DNA of 64,000 nt, from positions 20,853 through 84,852 of the forward strand of contig CAYPEI010000009.1 of the NCBI GenBank assembly GCA_964409775.1, in the 5' to 3' direction. Below are positions 18,089 to 29,052 of the stretch, piece after piece. The notes below the pieces were generated by a model that saw only the letters and a list, made by a program, of their open reading frames with translations, did no database searches and was not told where the DNA came from. Positions within the stretch are counted from its first letter, which is position 1. The number at the start of each line of letters is the position of its first letter. This DNA is from an uncultured Phycisphaeraceae bacterium (GTDB lineage: Bacteria > Planctomycetota > Phycisphaerae > Phycisphaerales > UBA1924). The position numbers and the translations under genes were made by a program.

Positions 18089-19942
18089 ATGTCCATTCTC
18101 CAAAGCGAACGTGCAGAGCAGCCCGGGCGTGGCGTGATTCACCGCTGGCGAACCACCCTGATCCCCACGACCCGAGAAGCCCCGGCCGACGCCGAGAGCC
18201 CCTCGCACATCCTGCTTTCTCGCGCAGGATTCGTCCGGAAGTTGGGCTCGGGCATTTATGACTACCTGCCGCTGGCGTGGCGAACGCTCCGCAAGGTCAG
18301 CCAGATTGTCCGCGAGGAGATGGACGCCGCGGGGGCCAGCGAGTTGCTGCTGCCGGCAATGCTGCCCATCGAGTTGTACAAGGACACGCGACGCGATGTC
18401 GACTATGGAGATCTGCTCTTCAAGGTGACCGACCGAAAGGGCGCCGTCTCCGCGTTGGGCCCTACGCACGAAGAGCCGATCACCGAACTGGTGAAGGGCT
18501 CGATCCAGTCGTACAAACAACTGCCGCTGAGCCTTTATCAGATCCAGACGAAGTATCGCGACGAGGCGCGGCCGCGATCGGGGCTGCTGCGCTGCCGCGA
18601 GTTCATCATGAAGGACGCCTATTCGTTCCACATGCACGTGGAAGGAGCGGGGGGGTTGAACGAGGCGTACGACGCCATGTTCCGCGCGTACAGCAACGTG
18701 TTCCGACGCTGCGGGCTCGACTTCACGGTCGTCGAAGCCGAGAGCGGTCCGATCGGCGGCTCGGCGAGCCACGAGTTCATGGTCAACGCCGCCAGCGGCG
18801 AGGACACCATCCTCAAGTGCCCGGCGTCCGGCTATGCGGCCAATGTCGAGAAGTGCGAGATCGGCGAGCGACCCATCGCGGGCGGCGCGTTTAACGGCAG
18901 TCCCACCGGCGATCTCACCGAAGTGCACACTCCCGGCATGCCCGGGATCACCGAGGTCGGCAAGTTCATGAAGGTCAAGCCCGACCGCATGCTCAAGACC
19001 ATCGTCTTCAGGCCCGTCGAGCCGGTCGCCGGAGGCAGTGGATGGGGGGGTGGCGGTTCCAGCGGACCAAAGTGGATCCTCGCGGTCGTTCGCGGCGATC
19101 ACGAAGTCAACGAGGGCAAGGTCAAGACTGCCAGCGGATGGAAGGTCGAACTCGCGCCGGAGAAAGATGCGAGAGAAGCCGGCTTTGCCATCGGCTACGT
19201 CAGCCCGAAGGTCATCGCAGGCCGGACGGACATCCTCATGCTTGTGGATCCCGATGTGGCGGGTGGCGGCTTCTGGGCCTCCGGGGCCGACAAGATCGAT
19301 CACCACGTCAAGCACTTCAACTGGCGTCGCGAGGTCGGTGCGATCCTGGACAATCCGGGTTATGTAAAATTGTCTGACATCCGGAACGCGGCCGAGGGTG
19401 ACCCGTCTCCCCGTGCGCCCGGCGCCACACTGGTCACCGGCCGCGGCATCGAGGTGGGTCACATCTTCAAACTCGGCACCAAGTACTCCGAGGCCATGGG
19501 ACTTGCAATCCTCGACGACCAGCAGCAGAAGCGAAGCGTCATCATGGGCTGCTATGGCATCGGCGTGTCCCGCACCATGGCGGCGAGCGTCGAGCAGAAC
19601 CACGACGAGAACGGCATCATCTGGCCCGCGGCGATCGCACCGTACCACGTCCTGCTCACGCTCATGAAGCCCGACGATCCCGCACAGGCTGTCGCTGCCG
19701 ATCGCCTCGCGGCGGACCTGGCCGCCGCCGGCCTCGACGTGCTGGTGGACGACCGCGACGAGCGGCCCGGGGTCAAGTTCAAGGATGCCGACCTCATTGG
19801 CATCCCGGTACGCCTCACGCTCGGCGACAAGGCACTCGCCGAGGGCGGGGTCGAGTTCAAGGCTCGCCGCGACCCGGGAAAGGGCGAGATCGTCAAACTC
19901 ACCGACGCCGCGGCCAAGTGCACCTCGGCGATGGGGGCCTGA
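18089..19942 (+). CDS. proS: Proline--tRNA ligase (bacterial type)
   Basis: Conserved blocks are REAPADAESPSHILLSRAGF, YQIQTKYRDEARPRSGLLRCREFIMKDAYSF, GIEVGHIFKLGTKYS, MGCYGIGVSR and the anticodon-binding tail. An alternative start lies at 18053. Confidence 0.93.
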   Translation: MSILQSERAEQPGRGVIHRWRTTLIPTTREAPADAESPSHILLSRAGFVRKLGSGIYDYLPLAWRTLRKVSQIVREEMDAAGASELLLPAMLPIELYKDTRRDVDYGDLLFKVTDRKGAVSALGPTHEEPITELVKGSIQSYKQLPLSLYQIQTKYRDEARPRSGLLRCREFIMKDAYSFHMHVEGAGGLNEAYDAMFRAYSNVFRRCGLDFTVVEAESGPIGGSASHEFMVNAASGEDTILKCPASGYAANVEKCEIGERPIAGGAFNGSPTGDLTEVHTPGMPGITEVGKFMKVKPDRMLKTIVFRPVEPVAGGSGWGGGGSSGPKWILAVVRGDHEVNEGKVKTASGWKVELAPEKDAREAGFAIGYVSPKVIAGRTDILMLVDPDVAGGGFWASGADKIDHHVKHFNWRREVGAILDNPGYVKLSDIRNAAEGDPSPRAPGATLVTGRGIEVGHIFKLGTKYSEAMGLAILDDQQQKRSVIMGCYGIGVSRTMAASVEQNHDENGIIWPAAIAPYHVLLTLMKPDDPAQAVAADRLAADLAAAGLDVLVDDRDERPGVKFKDADLIGIPVRLTLGDKALAEGGVEFKARRDPGKGEIVKLTDAAAKCTSAMGA

Positions 19943-19948
19943 GCCCGC

Positions 19949-20158
19949 TCACCAATCCCCATACTCGCTCTTCCGGTCGCCGATGCTCAGCACACCCCAC
20001 AGCAGCATCCCGCCGCCAAGCACCCAGCCCCACGGCCAGAATCGCTGCGTGCCAAACCAGATCGCAGCGGAAACACCGAGGAGGGTGATTCCGCCGAGGA
20101 CTTTTCCCAGTACGTACGCGTCTACCCATCGTCGTGCCATGGTGAACGCACTATACAC
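19949..20158 (-). CDS. Hypothetical small two-TM membrane protein
   Basis: The only evidence is an ORF with two hydrophobic helices (LGGITLLGVSAAIWF and WVLGGGMLLWGVL) that fills the gap between proS and the GNAT gene. I recognise no homology. Confidence 0.3.
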   Translation of the reverse strand: MYSAFTMARRWVDAYVLGKVLGGITLLGVSAAIWFGTQRFWPWGWVLGGGMLLWGVLSIGDRKSEYGDW

Positions 20159-20166
20159 TGCTCCCG

Positions 20167-20685
20167 ATGGCCGCCGCCATGATGATCAGGATCGAGCAGG
20201 CCCATCACGGCACAGCGCTGGCGGCCTTTCACGCCTTGTGCTCCGAGTACGCACAATCCCTGCAATACACGGCCGAGTGCGAGAGCCTTGAGCACCAGGG
20301 CATCGAGGACGAACTCGCATCCCTCCCCGGCCGCTACGCCCCGCCCGCTGGGTGCATGCTCGTCGCGTTCGATGTCGCCGGCACACCCCTCGGCTGCGTC
20401 GCGCTCCGTCCGTTCGAGCCCGGCACCTGTGAAATGAAGCGGATGTACGTTTGCCCAGCCGCACGCGCCCGCGGCATCGGCCGCGCACTGGCCATCGCCA
20501 TCATCAACGCTGCCCGGAGTGCCGGCTACCGTGCCATGCGCCTCGACACCGGCGCGTCCATGACCGCCGCCGCGGCCCTCTACGAATCCCTCGGATTCCG
20601 CGACATCCCCGCCTACAACCGCGACCCGACGTCCGGAACCCGATGGATGGAACTTGCGTTGCCCTGCGGAGCAATGTCGAAGTAG
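20167..20685 (+). CDS. GNAT family N-acetyltransferase
   Basis: The acetyl-CoA binding block RMYVCPAARARGIGRAL (Q/RxxGxG/A) and the overall ~170-aa GNAT layout. Confidence 0.85.
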   Translation: MAAAMMIRIEQAHHGTALAAFHALCSEYAQSLQYTAECESLEHQGIEDELASLPGRYAPPAGCMLVAFDVAGTPLGCVALRPFEPGTCEMKRMYVCPAARARGIGRALAIAIINAARSAGYRAMRLDTGASMTAAAALYESLGFRDIPAYNRDPTSGTRWMELALPCGAMSK

Positions 20686-20780
20686 TGCGGCATGCCGTTC
20701 GCCGCGCCTATGCGGGCTCTGATGAACTTCCTTTGTTCAGTTCTATTCGAGAAGGAGCATAAGATCGTGTATTATCCGGC

Positions 20781-20993
20781 ATGTCGATTCAGATGCAAGT
20801 CATTGCGTTGTGCGCGTGTGTGCCCGTGCTGATCGCGGCGGTGTTTGGACTCCGATCTGCATTCCGACTGCGACGCCGCGTGCGATGGCTCCGCTATGCC
20901 AATCGCGACATCGGGTCAGACTCGCAGGACTCGGATTGCCAAGGGGCTCGCGATCTGGGGAGTGACACGACGCAAGGCAGCAGCAACCTGTGA
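20781..20993 (+). CDS. Hypothetical small membrane protein (weak call)
   Basis: ATG ORF with one TM helix (VIALCACVPVLIAAVFGL), no convincing SD sequence, and a more AT-rich setting. It competes with a shorter SD-preceded ORF (see findings). Confidence 0.2.
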   Translation: MSIQMQVIALCACVPVLIAAVFGLRSAFRLRRRVRWLRYANRDIGSDSQDSDCQGARDLGSDTTQGSSNL

Positions 20994-21120
20994 CCCAGTG
21001 TGCAGCAATGCAGCCGGGTCCTTGCCTGGTGATCAGGCAGTTTTACATAACTATCCTTATAGGACTTCCAAAACCGGCGGCGGGGGGCTTCGGCGTGCCG
21101 CCAATCCATCGCCGACGCCT

Positions 21121-22428
21121 TCACGCTCTCGCGGCCTCACGGGCCGCGTTGGCTTCGATGTAGGCCATCCTCTTGCGGCTCCCGTTCCTGCCGAGGACCA
21201 GTTCGAAAACGGGTGTCGCTGAGAGCGTGGTCACAATCGCCATGAAGACCATGATGCTGAACAGCCCCTGCGTGATGATGCCGTGTTCGAGTCCGATGTT
21301 CAGAAGGATCAACTCCATGAGACCCCGCGCATTCATCAGCGCTCCGATCGCGATGGCGTCGCGGTTCGGCTCGCCGCTGAGCCGCGCGGCGCTCCAGCAC
21401 GCGATGCCCTTGCCCAGGCATGCCGCAGCGAGGACGACCATCGCGACCGTCCAAAGGAACGGCGTATCCACCAAGCCCATCTTCGTGTTCAGCCCCGAGT
21501 ACACAAAGAACATCGGTAACAGCAGGGTTGTGGTCAGCGGCTCGATGATCCTCTGCAGTTCCTTCGTGAAGAACCCGCGAGGCATGGCCGCGCCGAGGAT
21601 GAACGCTCCAAACACCGCGTAGATGCCGATCCTGTCCGTAATCCAGGCGCAGGTCATCAGTAGAGTCATCACGATTGCCATCGATCCCGCTGAGATGGCC
21701 TGTTTCTGCTCTGCCGCCGCTCCCAGCCGCTTGAGCAGCGGGCGGAGTCCGAGCATGACGGTCAGTGCATAGGCCGCCCCCCCGCCGACAGCGAGGATCG
21801 CCAGGTTCGGGTCACCACTGAACCATGCCACCACGATGGCCAGGGCGCACCATGCACAGGCGTCGTCACATGACCCCGCCGCGAGAGCCAGGGTTCCCAG
21901 GTGTGTATTGCTCAGCCCGCCTTCATAAATGATCCTGGCCAGCATGGGGAACGCGGTGATGGACATCGCGGCTCCCATGAACAACACGCCCTGAGCGAGC
22001 GTCATCTTCTCGGCGAACAGTCGCACATCGTCGGCCAGCCACCAGGCGATCAGGCCGCCCAGCAGAAACGGCACAATCATGCCGGATACCGATACAAAGA
22101 TGGCGCTGCGAGCCTTCTGGCGGAGCAAGTCTCCCCGAAACTCGAGTCCGACGCAGAACATGTAGAGCACGAGCCCGAGTTGCGCGCCTACGTACAACAC
22201 GGTCATCGACGTGCTCTTGGGAGGGAACAGGCCCGCGCTCAGGTTCGGCGCGACGGCACCGAGCAGCGACGGCCCGAGCAGCACGCCGCAGATCATTTCA
22301 CCAACGACCTGCGGCTGCCCGATCCGACGGGCAAGCCACCCGACGAGGCGGCATGCCAGCAGGATGACCGCGAGTTGGAGAAAGAAGTGAATCGAGATCT
22401 GAAAGTTGGTGGGTGAGGCCGGGAGCAT
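21121..22428 (-). CDS. Cation:proton antiporter (CPA2 / Na_H_Exchanger family)
   Basis: FFLQLAVILLACRLVGWLARRIGQPQVVGEMICGVLLGPS is the typical KefB/NapA-type N-terminus, and the protein has about 12 TM helices. I see no C-terminal KTN domain. Confidence 0.88.
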   Translation of the reverse strand: MLPASPTNFQISIHFFLQLAVILLACRLVGWLARRIGQPQVVGEMICGVLLGPSLLGAVAPNLSAGLFPPKSTSMTVLYVGAQLGLVLYMFCVGLEFRGDLLRQKARSAIFVSVSGMIVPFLLGGLIAWWLADDVRLFAEKMTLAQGVLFMGAAMSITAFPMLARIIYEGGLSNTHLGTLALAAGSCDDACAWCALAIVVAWFSGDPNLAILAVGGGAAYALTVMLGLRPLLKRLGAAAEQKQAISAGSMAIVMTLLMTCAWITDRIGIYAVFGAFILGAAMPRGFFTKELQRIIEPLTTTLLLPMFFVYSGLNTKMGLVDTPFLWTVAMVVLAAACLGKGIACWSAARLSGEPNRDAIAIGALMNARGLMELILLNIGLEHGIITQGLFSIMVFMAIVTTLSATPVFELVLGRNGSRKRMAYIEANAAREAARA

Positions 22429-22563
22429 GAGGCGATGATCCTTGAAGCCAGCCGACAACATCCAAGCGGCACCAGACTTGTCGACCGTCTACTCACAAAC
22501 TCGTGGTTGCGCCGAGCGGCAGGCTACAGCCTTTGGTCATTCCGCACCAGTCGCGCCGGATCA

Positions 22564-24060
22564 TCACTGCAAGTGGGGAGTTCCTTCGGCCGCGCTCCCA
22601 GACACGGTTTGAGCAGGGACAGAGTTGCCCCGCTGGGCGGCAGCCAGACGCTGCACCGCCTTGTCCAGCCAATCCGCGATCCGGATCGTTTGGGCGGGCA
22701 GCGTCAGAAAGAGCAGCCGATGGCCCAAGAAACTGGTCAAGCGGTCGGGCCGGCCAAGGCGGTCGTACAACTCCAGGCAACAACTCGCCGGGACCGTGGA
22801 GTCAAACTCGGCGTGGACAAAGAGCACCGGCTTGTGCCGCAGGAACCGGGCGGTGTGATAGGGATCCAGTTTCGAGAGTTCGAGGTATCGCTTGAAAAGC
22901 CGGTCCCGGAACGCGAGATTCGGGATGCCGTCTTTCCAATCCAGTTTGACTCCCCCATCCGTCAGGTCGCTCATCTGGCTGACCTTGAGCAGGTTCGCAC
23001 CCGCGCCGACCAGTACGCACGCATCGAATCGCTCCGGCATCCGCGCAACCACCGCCGGGGCGATCAAGCCGCCAGCACTGCAACCGACGATTGCCAGAGG
23101 CTCCTGCGGGAGATCCGGGCGCTCGGACGCAAGCCAGGCGAGGCCGGCCTCCGTCGCGTATGCCGACTCGGCAAGCAGGTCGTCAAACGCCGTGGCGAGT
23201 TTCCTGGCGCCAGCTTCAACGTCTTCCCATGACTCCATCTTGTACGAGAGCGACTCGTACCACCAGATTCGCGGCGTCGCAACCCGCAGAACGCACCAAC
23301 CACGGGAGAGCAACTCGTTGAGCAGCGGCTCCTCGAACTGGAGCGAGCCCAGCCCGGCGATGTGCACGAGCATCCCGCGAGGCCGTACCCCCGGCGGCGG
23401 TTCGATCAGGCGAAGCCGCGTGCCCTCCGCGAGGACCATCAGTTTCTCTCGATCGTTCACGCGAATGCCGGCCGCTCGCTCCTTAAAGAACTTGTTCTGT
23501 GCGGCGGTCGACACCTCGAGGAAACTCTCGTACCGATTGTCGGCGGGACGATCCTTCAGCGGCGAGAACGAGACGAACCGTACAGAACTGAAGAAATCTC
23601 GCAACAGGAAATCCGCCGAGCCCGGCTTGGCCGGCTGATCGGGCTGTGTCACATCTGTCTGTTGTCCGTTTTCCGGCCGCTCCAGCGGCACGGTGCGGGC
23701 ACGCTCGCGCCCTCCCCCGCCGCGAACCACGCGGATGATCCCCTTCCCGAAGGGCTTGGAGTATGGGATTCTCGCATCCGGCCGGCGGAGCGATTCGCGG
23801 AACTGCGGCTCCAACTCCTGCTCGGTCTTCGTGCCGTCGAGCACGTACCTGAAGACCAGTGGAGGCGTCTGGCTGGCGATCCGCTCCAGATCTTCCGTCA
23901 ATCGCGGTGGCCAGTCTTCTTCCAGGATCGGCGCGACAGATTCGGCGACCTCCGAGTCAAACGCCCCGGCCTGATAGGCGGTGCAGCCGGCGGTCAGGCT
24001 GGCGAGAACGGAAAGCAGGGCGAATATGGCCGCAGGCTTGATGGCGCGCATGGTGAACAT
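22564..24060 (-). CDS. Lipoprotein with a C-terminal alpha/beta-hydrolase fold
   Basis: Lipobox MRAIKPAAIFALLSVLASLTAGC. Nucleophile elbow IVGCSAGGL. Alternative starts lie at 24069 and 24084. Confidence 0.75.
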   Translation of the reverse strand: MFTMRAIKPAAIFALLSVLASLTAGCTAYQAGAFDSEVAESVAPILEEDWPPRLTEDLERIASQTPPLVFRYVLDGTKTEQELEPQFRESLRRPDARIPYSKPFGKGIIRVVRGGGGRERARTVPLERPENGQQTDVTQPDQPAKPGSADFLLRDFFSSVRFVSFSPLKDRPADNRYESFLEVSTAAQNKFFKERAAGIRVNDREKLMVLAEGTRLRLIEPPPGVRPRGMLVHIAGLGSLQFEEPLLNELLSRGWCVLRVATPRIWWYESLSYKMESWEDVEAGARKLATAFDDLLAESAYATEAGLAWLASERPDLPQEPLAIVGCSAGGLIAPAVVARMPERFDACVLVGAGANLLKVSQMSDLTDGGVKLDWKDGIPNLAFRDRLFKRYLELSKLDPYHTARFLRHKPVLFVHAEFDSTVPASCCLELYDRLGRPDRLTSFLGHRLLFLTLPAQTIRIADWLDKAVQRLAAAQRGNSVPAQTVSGSAAEGTPHLQ

Positions 24061-24194
24061 CTCAGAGTATGGCATCGGCTGCCGCGGCGGGTGGATGCAG
24101 GGCCAACCGCCCTCTCCGACCCGGGTTGCACGGATTCCGGTTTCAACCTCCCTCCCGAGTTGCTCCGGCGGCTCGAGCACGCGACGATGTGCAG

Positions 24195-25766
24195 ATGCCA
24201 GCCGCTCCGACACCCGCGAAAGACCCTTCCAACACTCCGACCGTCCTTCTGGATGGTTCGCCGCTCACGATCGCCCAGATCGAGGCGGTTGCTCGTGTCG
24301 ATGCCGGGGTAGATATTGCCCCAGAGGGTGTCAATCGACTCTCCGCCGGCCGGAAGGCGCTCATGCAAGCCATGAGCGACGACCAGCCCCACTATGGCAT
24401 CAACACCGGGTTTGGCTCGTTCTCTCGCCAACGCATCTCGGATACCGACCTCCGAGATCTGCAGCGCAACCTGATCCGAAGTCATGCCGCGGGGGTCGGC
24501 ACTCCACTTCCCCGTGAAGTCGTGCGTGCCATGATGCTGCTTCTTGCGGCATCGTTGACTCGCGGCATGTCCGCCGTGCGTCCGCAGGTCGTTGAGCAGA
24601 TCATCGCCCTGCTGAACTCGGGGATCACCCCTGTCGTTCCGGGTGTCGGGTCCTGCGGGGCGTCGGGCGATCTTGCGCCCCTGGCCCACGTTGCGCTCGT
24701 GCTTCTGGGTGAAGGGCACGCCCAGACGGATTCCAGCGGCCGTGTGCTGCCGGGCGGCGAGTGTCTCCGTGCAGCCGGCATCGCCCCGCTCGCGCTTGAA
24801 GCGAAAGAAGGTCTCGCGCTGATCAACGGCACGCACCTCATGGCCGCCCAGGGCGTGCTGCTGGTCCGCGACTTTGAGCGGCTGTTCCATGCCGCGATCT
24901 GTGCGAGCGCGATGTCCATCGACGCCTGCCGCGCGACCGATGCCTTTCTGGATGCGCGGGTGCACGAGGCCCGATGCCAGCCGGGACAGAAACGCGTTGC
25001 CGCGGCCATCCTCGCGATGCTCAAGGGCAGTCAGATCATCCCCTCCCATGCACTGAACGATCCTCGCGTGCAGGATCCCTACTCGCTTCGATGCGTGCCC
25101 CAGGTACTCGGCGCGGCATGGGATGCCTTTGAACACGTGCGAGGCGCGGTCGAACGTGAACTCGGTGCTGTCACCGACAATCCGCTGGTCTTCCCCGGCG
25201 AGGAGGGTCGCCCGCCCGAGATCATCTCTGCCGGCAACTTCCATGGCATGCCCATGGCCATCGCGCTCGACCTGCTGGCAATTTCCATCTGCCATGTCGC
25301 CGGCATCGCCGAGCGACGCATCTACCACATGCTCTCGGCCTTTGATCCCGAGTCGAAGTTGCCCCCCTATCTCTCACCCGGCCCGGGGCTGCATTCGGGC
25401 CTGATGATCGCGCAATACACCGCCGCGGCCTGCTGCAACGAACTCATCGGCCTCGCGACGCCGGCGAGCGTCGCCAACCTCAGCACCAGCGCCGGAATGG
25501 AGGACTACAACTCGTTCGGCCCTCGTGCCGCCGCCAAAGCCCGCCGCGGACTCGAACTGGCCGGATCGGTCATCGCGATCGAACTGATCTGCGGCGCCGA
25601 AGCGATTGATCACCACCGACCCCTTCGGAGCGGCGCCTCGGTGGAGCGAGCGCATGACGCTGTCCGTGCGATTGTGCCTCGTCTGGTTGCCGACCGCCCC
25701 CCCGCTCCTGACATCGCCGCCGTAGAGAGACTGATCCAAACAGGGGGGGTGACAGCGGCGTTCTGA
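24195..25766 (+). CDS. hutH: Histidine ammonia-lyase
   Basis: The MIO-forming motif [14 protein letters not shown], plus YGINTGFG and NFHGMP. The start is taken at MPAAPT (ATG 24195). Confidence 0.93.
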   Translation: MPAAPTPAKDPSNTPTVLLDGSPLTIAQIEAVARVDAGVDIAPEGVNRLSAGRKALMQAMSDDQPHYGINTGFGSFSRQRISDTDLRDLQRNLIRSHAAGVGTPLPREVVRAMMLLLAASLTRGMSAVRPQVVEQIIALLNSGITPVVPGVGSCGASGDLAPLAHVALVLLGEGHAQTDSSGRVLPGGECLRAAGIAPLALEAKEGLALINGTHLMAAQGVLLVRDFERLFHAAICASAMSIDACRATDAFLDARVHEARCQPGQKRVAAAILAMLKGSQIIPSHALNDPRVQDPYSLRCVPQVLGAAWDAFEHVRGAVERELGAVTDNPLVFPGEEGRPPEIISAGNFHGMPMAIALDLLAISICHVAGIAERRIYHMLSAFDPESKLPPYLSPGPGLHSGLMIAQYTAAACCNELIGLATPASVANLSTSAGMEDYNSFGPRAAAKARRGLELAGSVIAIELICGAEAIDHHRPLRSGASVERAHDAVRAIVPRLVADRPPAPDIAAVERLIQTGGVTAAF

Positions 25767-25884
25767 CGCCGCGGCGTGCGCCGTTGTCATCCTGCCCTTG
25801 TGCTTGACCGACACACGCTGTAGTTTGAACATACAGAGCGTCGCCCGGGCGCGATCCGCCACTGTCCGTACAAGGATTCCCGCC

Positions 25885-27606
25885 ATGTCCGCGCCGACAA
25901 CCACGCGAAACACAGGCAGCATCAAGGTGAAGCCCTCACTCCCCCGCGCCCGCGAGATTCGAGCACCCCGCGGCCCGCAGCGCACGTGCAAGACCTGGCA
26001 GGCCGAAGCGGCCATGCGCATGCTCATGAACAACCTGGACCCTGATGTGGCCGAGCGCCCGGCGGACCTGGTCGTGTACGGCGGGCGCGGACAGGCGGCT
26101 CGATCATGGGAAGCGTTCGATGCCATTGTTGCCACACTCAAGCGCCTTGAACCCGACGAGACGCTGCTGGTCCAGAGCGGCAAGCCGGTCGGAGTCGTGA
26201 AAACAACGACCGACGCCCCTCGAGTGCTCATCGCCAACTCCAACCTCGTGCCCCACTGGGCCACGCAGGAGATCTTCGACGATCTTGCCCGCAAGGGCCT
26301 GATCATGTACGGCCAGATGACCGCCGGCTCCTGGATCTACATCGGTACGCAGGGGATCCTGCAGGGAACGTACGAGACGTTCGCCGCGTGCGCTCGCCAG
26401 CACTTCGGCGGTGCTTCTGCCACGCTCAAAGGCCGTCTGTGCGTGACGGCGGGCTGCGGCGGTATGGGCGGCGCACAGCCGCTGGCCGTCACGATGAACG
26501 ACGGCGTCTGCCTCATCGCCGACGTCGACCACATCCGCCTGAATCGACGCATCCGCGAGCGCTACCTCGATGAAATCGTTGAAGGGCTGGATGAGGCCAT
26601 CGACGCCGCGGTGAGATATGCCGAATCCGGCACGCCCCGATCCGTCGGCGTCAACTGCAACGCGGTGGAACTGCTGGAGCGTCTGCTCGCCCGTGGAATC
26701 ACCCCCGACGTTCTCACCGACCAGACCAGTGCACACGATCCGCTGGTCGGGTACGTGCCGATCGAAATGACCCAGCACGAGGCCGAGGTCATGCGTGTGG
26801 CCCTGCCGCGGCAGTACGTCACACTCAGTCTCGCGAGCATGGAACGCCATGTCCGCGCAATGGTTGAACTCCAGCGGCGCGGCGCGATCACGTTCGACTA
26901 CGGCAACAACATCCGTCAGCGGGCCCTGGAACACGGCTACAAGGACGCCTTTGCCTTCCCGGGATTCGTTCCCGCGTACATCCGCCCGCAGTTCTGCCTC
27001 GGCCGCGGTCCGTTCCGGTGGTGTGTTCTCTCCGGCGAACCCCGCGACATCTACACCACGGATGACGCCCTCATGGAAGCGTTCCGCGGGGATGCATCGC
27101 TGCACCGCTGGCTCAGGCTTGCCAAGGAGCGTGTCGCGTTCCAGGGCCTTCCGGCACGTATCTGCTGGTTCGGCATGGGCGAGCGTGCCAAGGCCGGGCT
27201 GATCCTCAATGACCTCGTCGCCAAGGGCAAAGTCGGTGCGCCGATCGTCATCGGGCGCGACCACCTCGACTGCGGCAGTGTTGCCAGCCCCAATCGCGAG
27301 ACCGAGGCGATGAAGGACGGCTCCGATGCCATCAGCGACTGGGCGATCCTCAACGCGATGGTGAACATCGCCAGCGGCGCATCCTGGGTCAGTTTCCACC
27401 ACGGCGGCGGCGTCGGCATCGGCTACAGCCAACACGCCGGGCAGGTGATCGTCGCCGACGGCACACCCGAAGCCGCGAAACGCATCGAACGTGTCCTCAC
27501 CAATGACCCCGCGATGGGAGTCTTCCGTCACGCGGATGCCGGTTACGAGGATGCACAACGGTGCGCGGATCGCCTGCACGTCGATATCCCGATGCGCGAG
27601 TGGTGA
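25885..27606 (+). CDS. hutU: Urocanate hydratase
   Basis: Conserved blocks are [47 protein letters not shown] and [18 protein letters not shown]. Confidence 0.95.
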   Translation: MSAPTTTRNTGSIKVKPSLPRAREIRAPRGPQRTCKTWQAEAAMRMLMNNLDPDVAERPADLVVYGGRGQAARSWEAFDAIVATLKRLEPDETLLVQSGKPVGVVKTTTDAPRVLIANSNLVPHWATQEIFDDLARKGLIMYGQMTAGSWIYIGTQGILQGTYETFAACARQHFGGASATLKGRLCVTAGCGGMGGAQPLAVTMNDGVCLIADVDHIRLNRRIRERYLDEIVEGLDEAIDAAVRYAESGTPRSVGVNCNAVELLERLLARGITPDVLTDQTSAHDPLVGYVPIEMTQHEAEVMRVALPRQYVTLSLASMERHVRAMVELQRRGAITFDYGNNIRQRALEHGYKDAFAFPGFVPAYIRPQFCLGRGPFRWCVLSGEPRDIYTTDDALMEAFRGDASLHRWLRLAKERVAFQGLPARICWFGMGERAKAGLILNDLVAKGKVGAPIVIGRDHLDCGSVASPNRETEAMKDGSDAISDWAILNAMVNIASGASWVSFHHGGGVGIGYSQHAGQVIVADGTPEAAKRIERVLTNDPAMGVFRHADAGYEDAQRCADRLHVDIPMREW

Positions 27607-27668
27607 AGTCCCGGTGGTTGGTATTCGAGGCCGCCCCTCGGTGACTTTCTCGGAGGCCGGTCGGCGTA

Positions 27669-28922
27669 CTACCAGCCCAATGCCGCGGCGCCCAGCAGCA
27701 TCGCCACTGCCGTCGCGAATACGATCCCGAACACCGGAACGATCCGCACGAAGATCGCCCGCCCCCCCACCGCCGCGACGATCCCCGCCTTGAACGCGAG
27801 ATTCGCCATCGACGCGATGACGATCGCCCGCCACGCCGCGCCGGTCTCCACGGCTCCCCGCGCCGCCATCCGTGAGGTCGAGAGTGTGATCGCATCCATG
27901 TCCGTCAGGCCGGAGATTGCCGCGACAAGGTACAGGCCGCGGTCGCCAAGCCAGTGCTTCCCCGCCGCGACGGCGAGCAGCACGATCGCAAACAGTGCGC
28001 CGAACACCAGCGCCGCCTTCAACTCCGACGGATTCTCCGGATCGGGCATCTGACCGCCTGTTCGGGTTCGACACAGGATGTACACCACCACCGAGGCGAC
28101 GATCGTGACGACCAGCAACACCCCGATCATCGGCGCGATCTGGGAGGCCTTGGACGGCGCAGCGACGCAGATTTCGACGATCACGCGGATCAGACTGACG
28201 ACCGATGCCAGCGTCGCGATCAGCACTCCGGTCCACGCTGCATTCGGGGCTTCGCGGGCGCGTTTCGCGGCGGTCACCGTTGTCGCCGTGCTGGAGATCA
28301 ACCCGCCGATCAGCCCCGCCGCCGCCGCGCCGTGCTCCCGCGGCAGCATCTTCGCCACCGCATAGGCCGCAAGGCTGATGCCCGTCACCAGCACCACCAT
28401 CAGCCAGACTTCCCGCGGATTGATGGCGTCGAAGGGGCCAAACTGCCGGTCCGGCAGCACCGGCAGCACGATGAAGGTGATCAGCGCAAACTGGATCATC
28501 GCCCGCATGTCGCTCTCGCCCAGCCTGCGGGCGACCATGTGTAGCAGGTCCTTGGCATGCAGCAGGGCGGCGCAGGCGACACCGACGCCAACCGCCACAC
28601 TCCGCGGGCCGAGCCACACGAACGCCCCGACCGAGAACATGAGGAGAATGGCGATCTCGGTCGTGATCCCGGGGCTCTTTTCCGGCAGGGGCCGGAGGAA
28701 GTTGCCCATCGCCGTCGCCGCGGCGATGCCCAGCAGACCAGCCCCCACCGTCCAGCCCCCCAGCGACTCGGAGAGCATGGCACAGACCGTCCCGAAGAGC
28801 GTGATGAGCGGAAACGTCCTGACGCCGGCGAGGGCGGAGTCCGCCCGTTCCCGCTGCACGCCCACCAGCATGCCCAGCGCACCGGACACGGCGAGGGCGA
28901 CAAACGCCTGCATCACGTCCAT
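27669..28922 (-). CDS. MgtC/SapB family membrane protein with DUF4010 extension
   Basis: N-terminus MDVMQAFVALAVSGALGMLVGVQRE...GVRTFPLI is MgtC-like. About 10 further TM helices fit the MgtC+DUF4010 architecture. Confidence 0.85.
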   Translation of the reverse strand: MDVMQAFVALAVSGALGMLVGVQRERADSALAGVRTFPLITLFGTVCAMLSESLGGWTVGAGLLGIAAATAMGNFLRPLPEKSPGITTEIAILLMFSVGAFVWLGPRSVAVGVGVACAALLHAKDLLHMVARRLGESDMRAMIQFALITFIVLPVLPDRQFGPFDAINPREVWLMVVLVTGISLAAYAVAKMLPREHGAAAAGLIGGLISSTATTVTAAKRAREAPNAAWTGVLIATLASVVSLIRVIVEICVAAPSKASQIAPMIGVLLVVTIVASVVVYILCRTRTGGQMPDPENPSELKAALVFGALFAIVLLAVAAGKHWLGDRGLYLVAAISGLTDMDAITLSTSRMAARGAVETGAAWRAIVIASMANLAFKAGIVAAVGGRAIFVRIVPVFGIVFATAVAMLLGAAALGW

Positions 28923-29052
28923 GGGGAGAGGGTATCCGATCCGATCTGATCCGCGAAGTGGCCGGGGCTTGCCCCGACCGACCCGGGGGCGAGCCGTAAC
29001 CCCCCGACACCCACCCATCCAAAATCGGGCATCCCACCTACGCTTCGAACCC

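Noticed and set aside
18074-19648. Long antisense ORFs opposite proS (18074-19648), mreB (44198-45253), polA (50397-51980), the rhamnosidase gene (10506-11957) and the coiled-coil gene (42463-43665).
   Set aside because: In each case the opposite strand encodes a protein with strong, family-specific motifs. The antisense translations are R/G/A/D/V-rich with no motifs. I judged them to be high-GC artefacts, not overlapping genes.
25818-25836. The inverted repeat CTGTA-n9-TACAG between hutH and hutU as a HutC/GntR-type operator.
   Set aside because: The arms are only 5 bp, there is no hutC gene in the window, and a match this short is expected by chance.
26104-29037. A 977-codon ORF on the minus strand, the longest non-annotated ORF in the track.
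   Set aside because: It is antisense to hutU, whose frame carries unmistakable urocanase motifs. It is also out of frame with the MgtC/DUF4010 gene on the same strand. Its translation is Arg/Gly/Asp/Ala-rich low complexity with no recognisable motif. This is the typical stop-codon-poor shadow ORF of a high-GC genome.
28923-29052. A cobalamin riboswitch upstream of the B12-binding/MeaB fusion gene.
   Set aside because: I see no B12-box-like element, and the spacer is only 130 nt with no obvious multi-stem structure. It is not supported.
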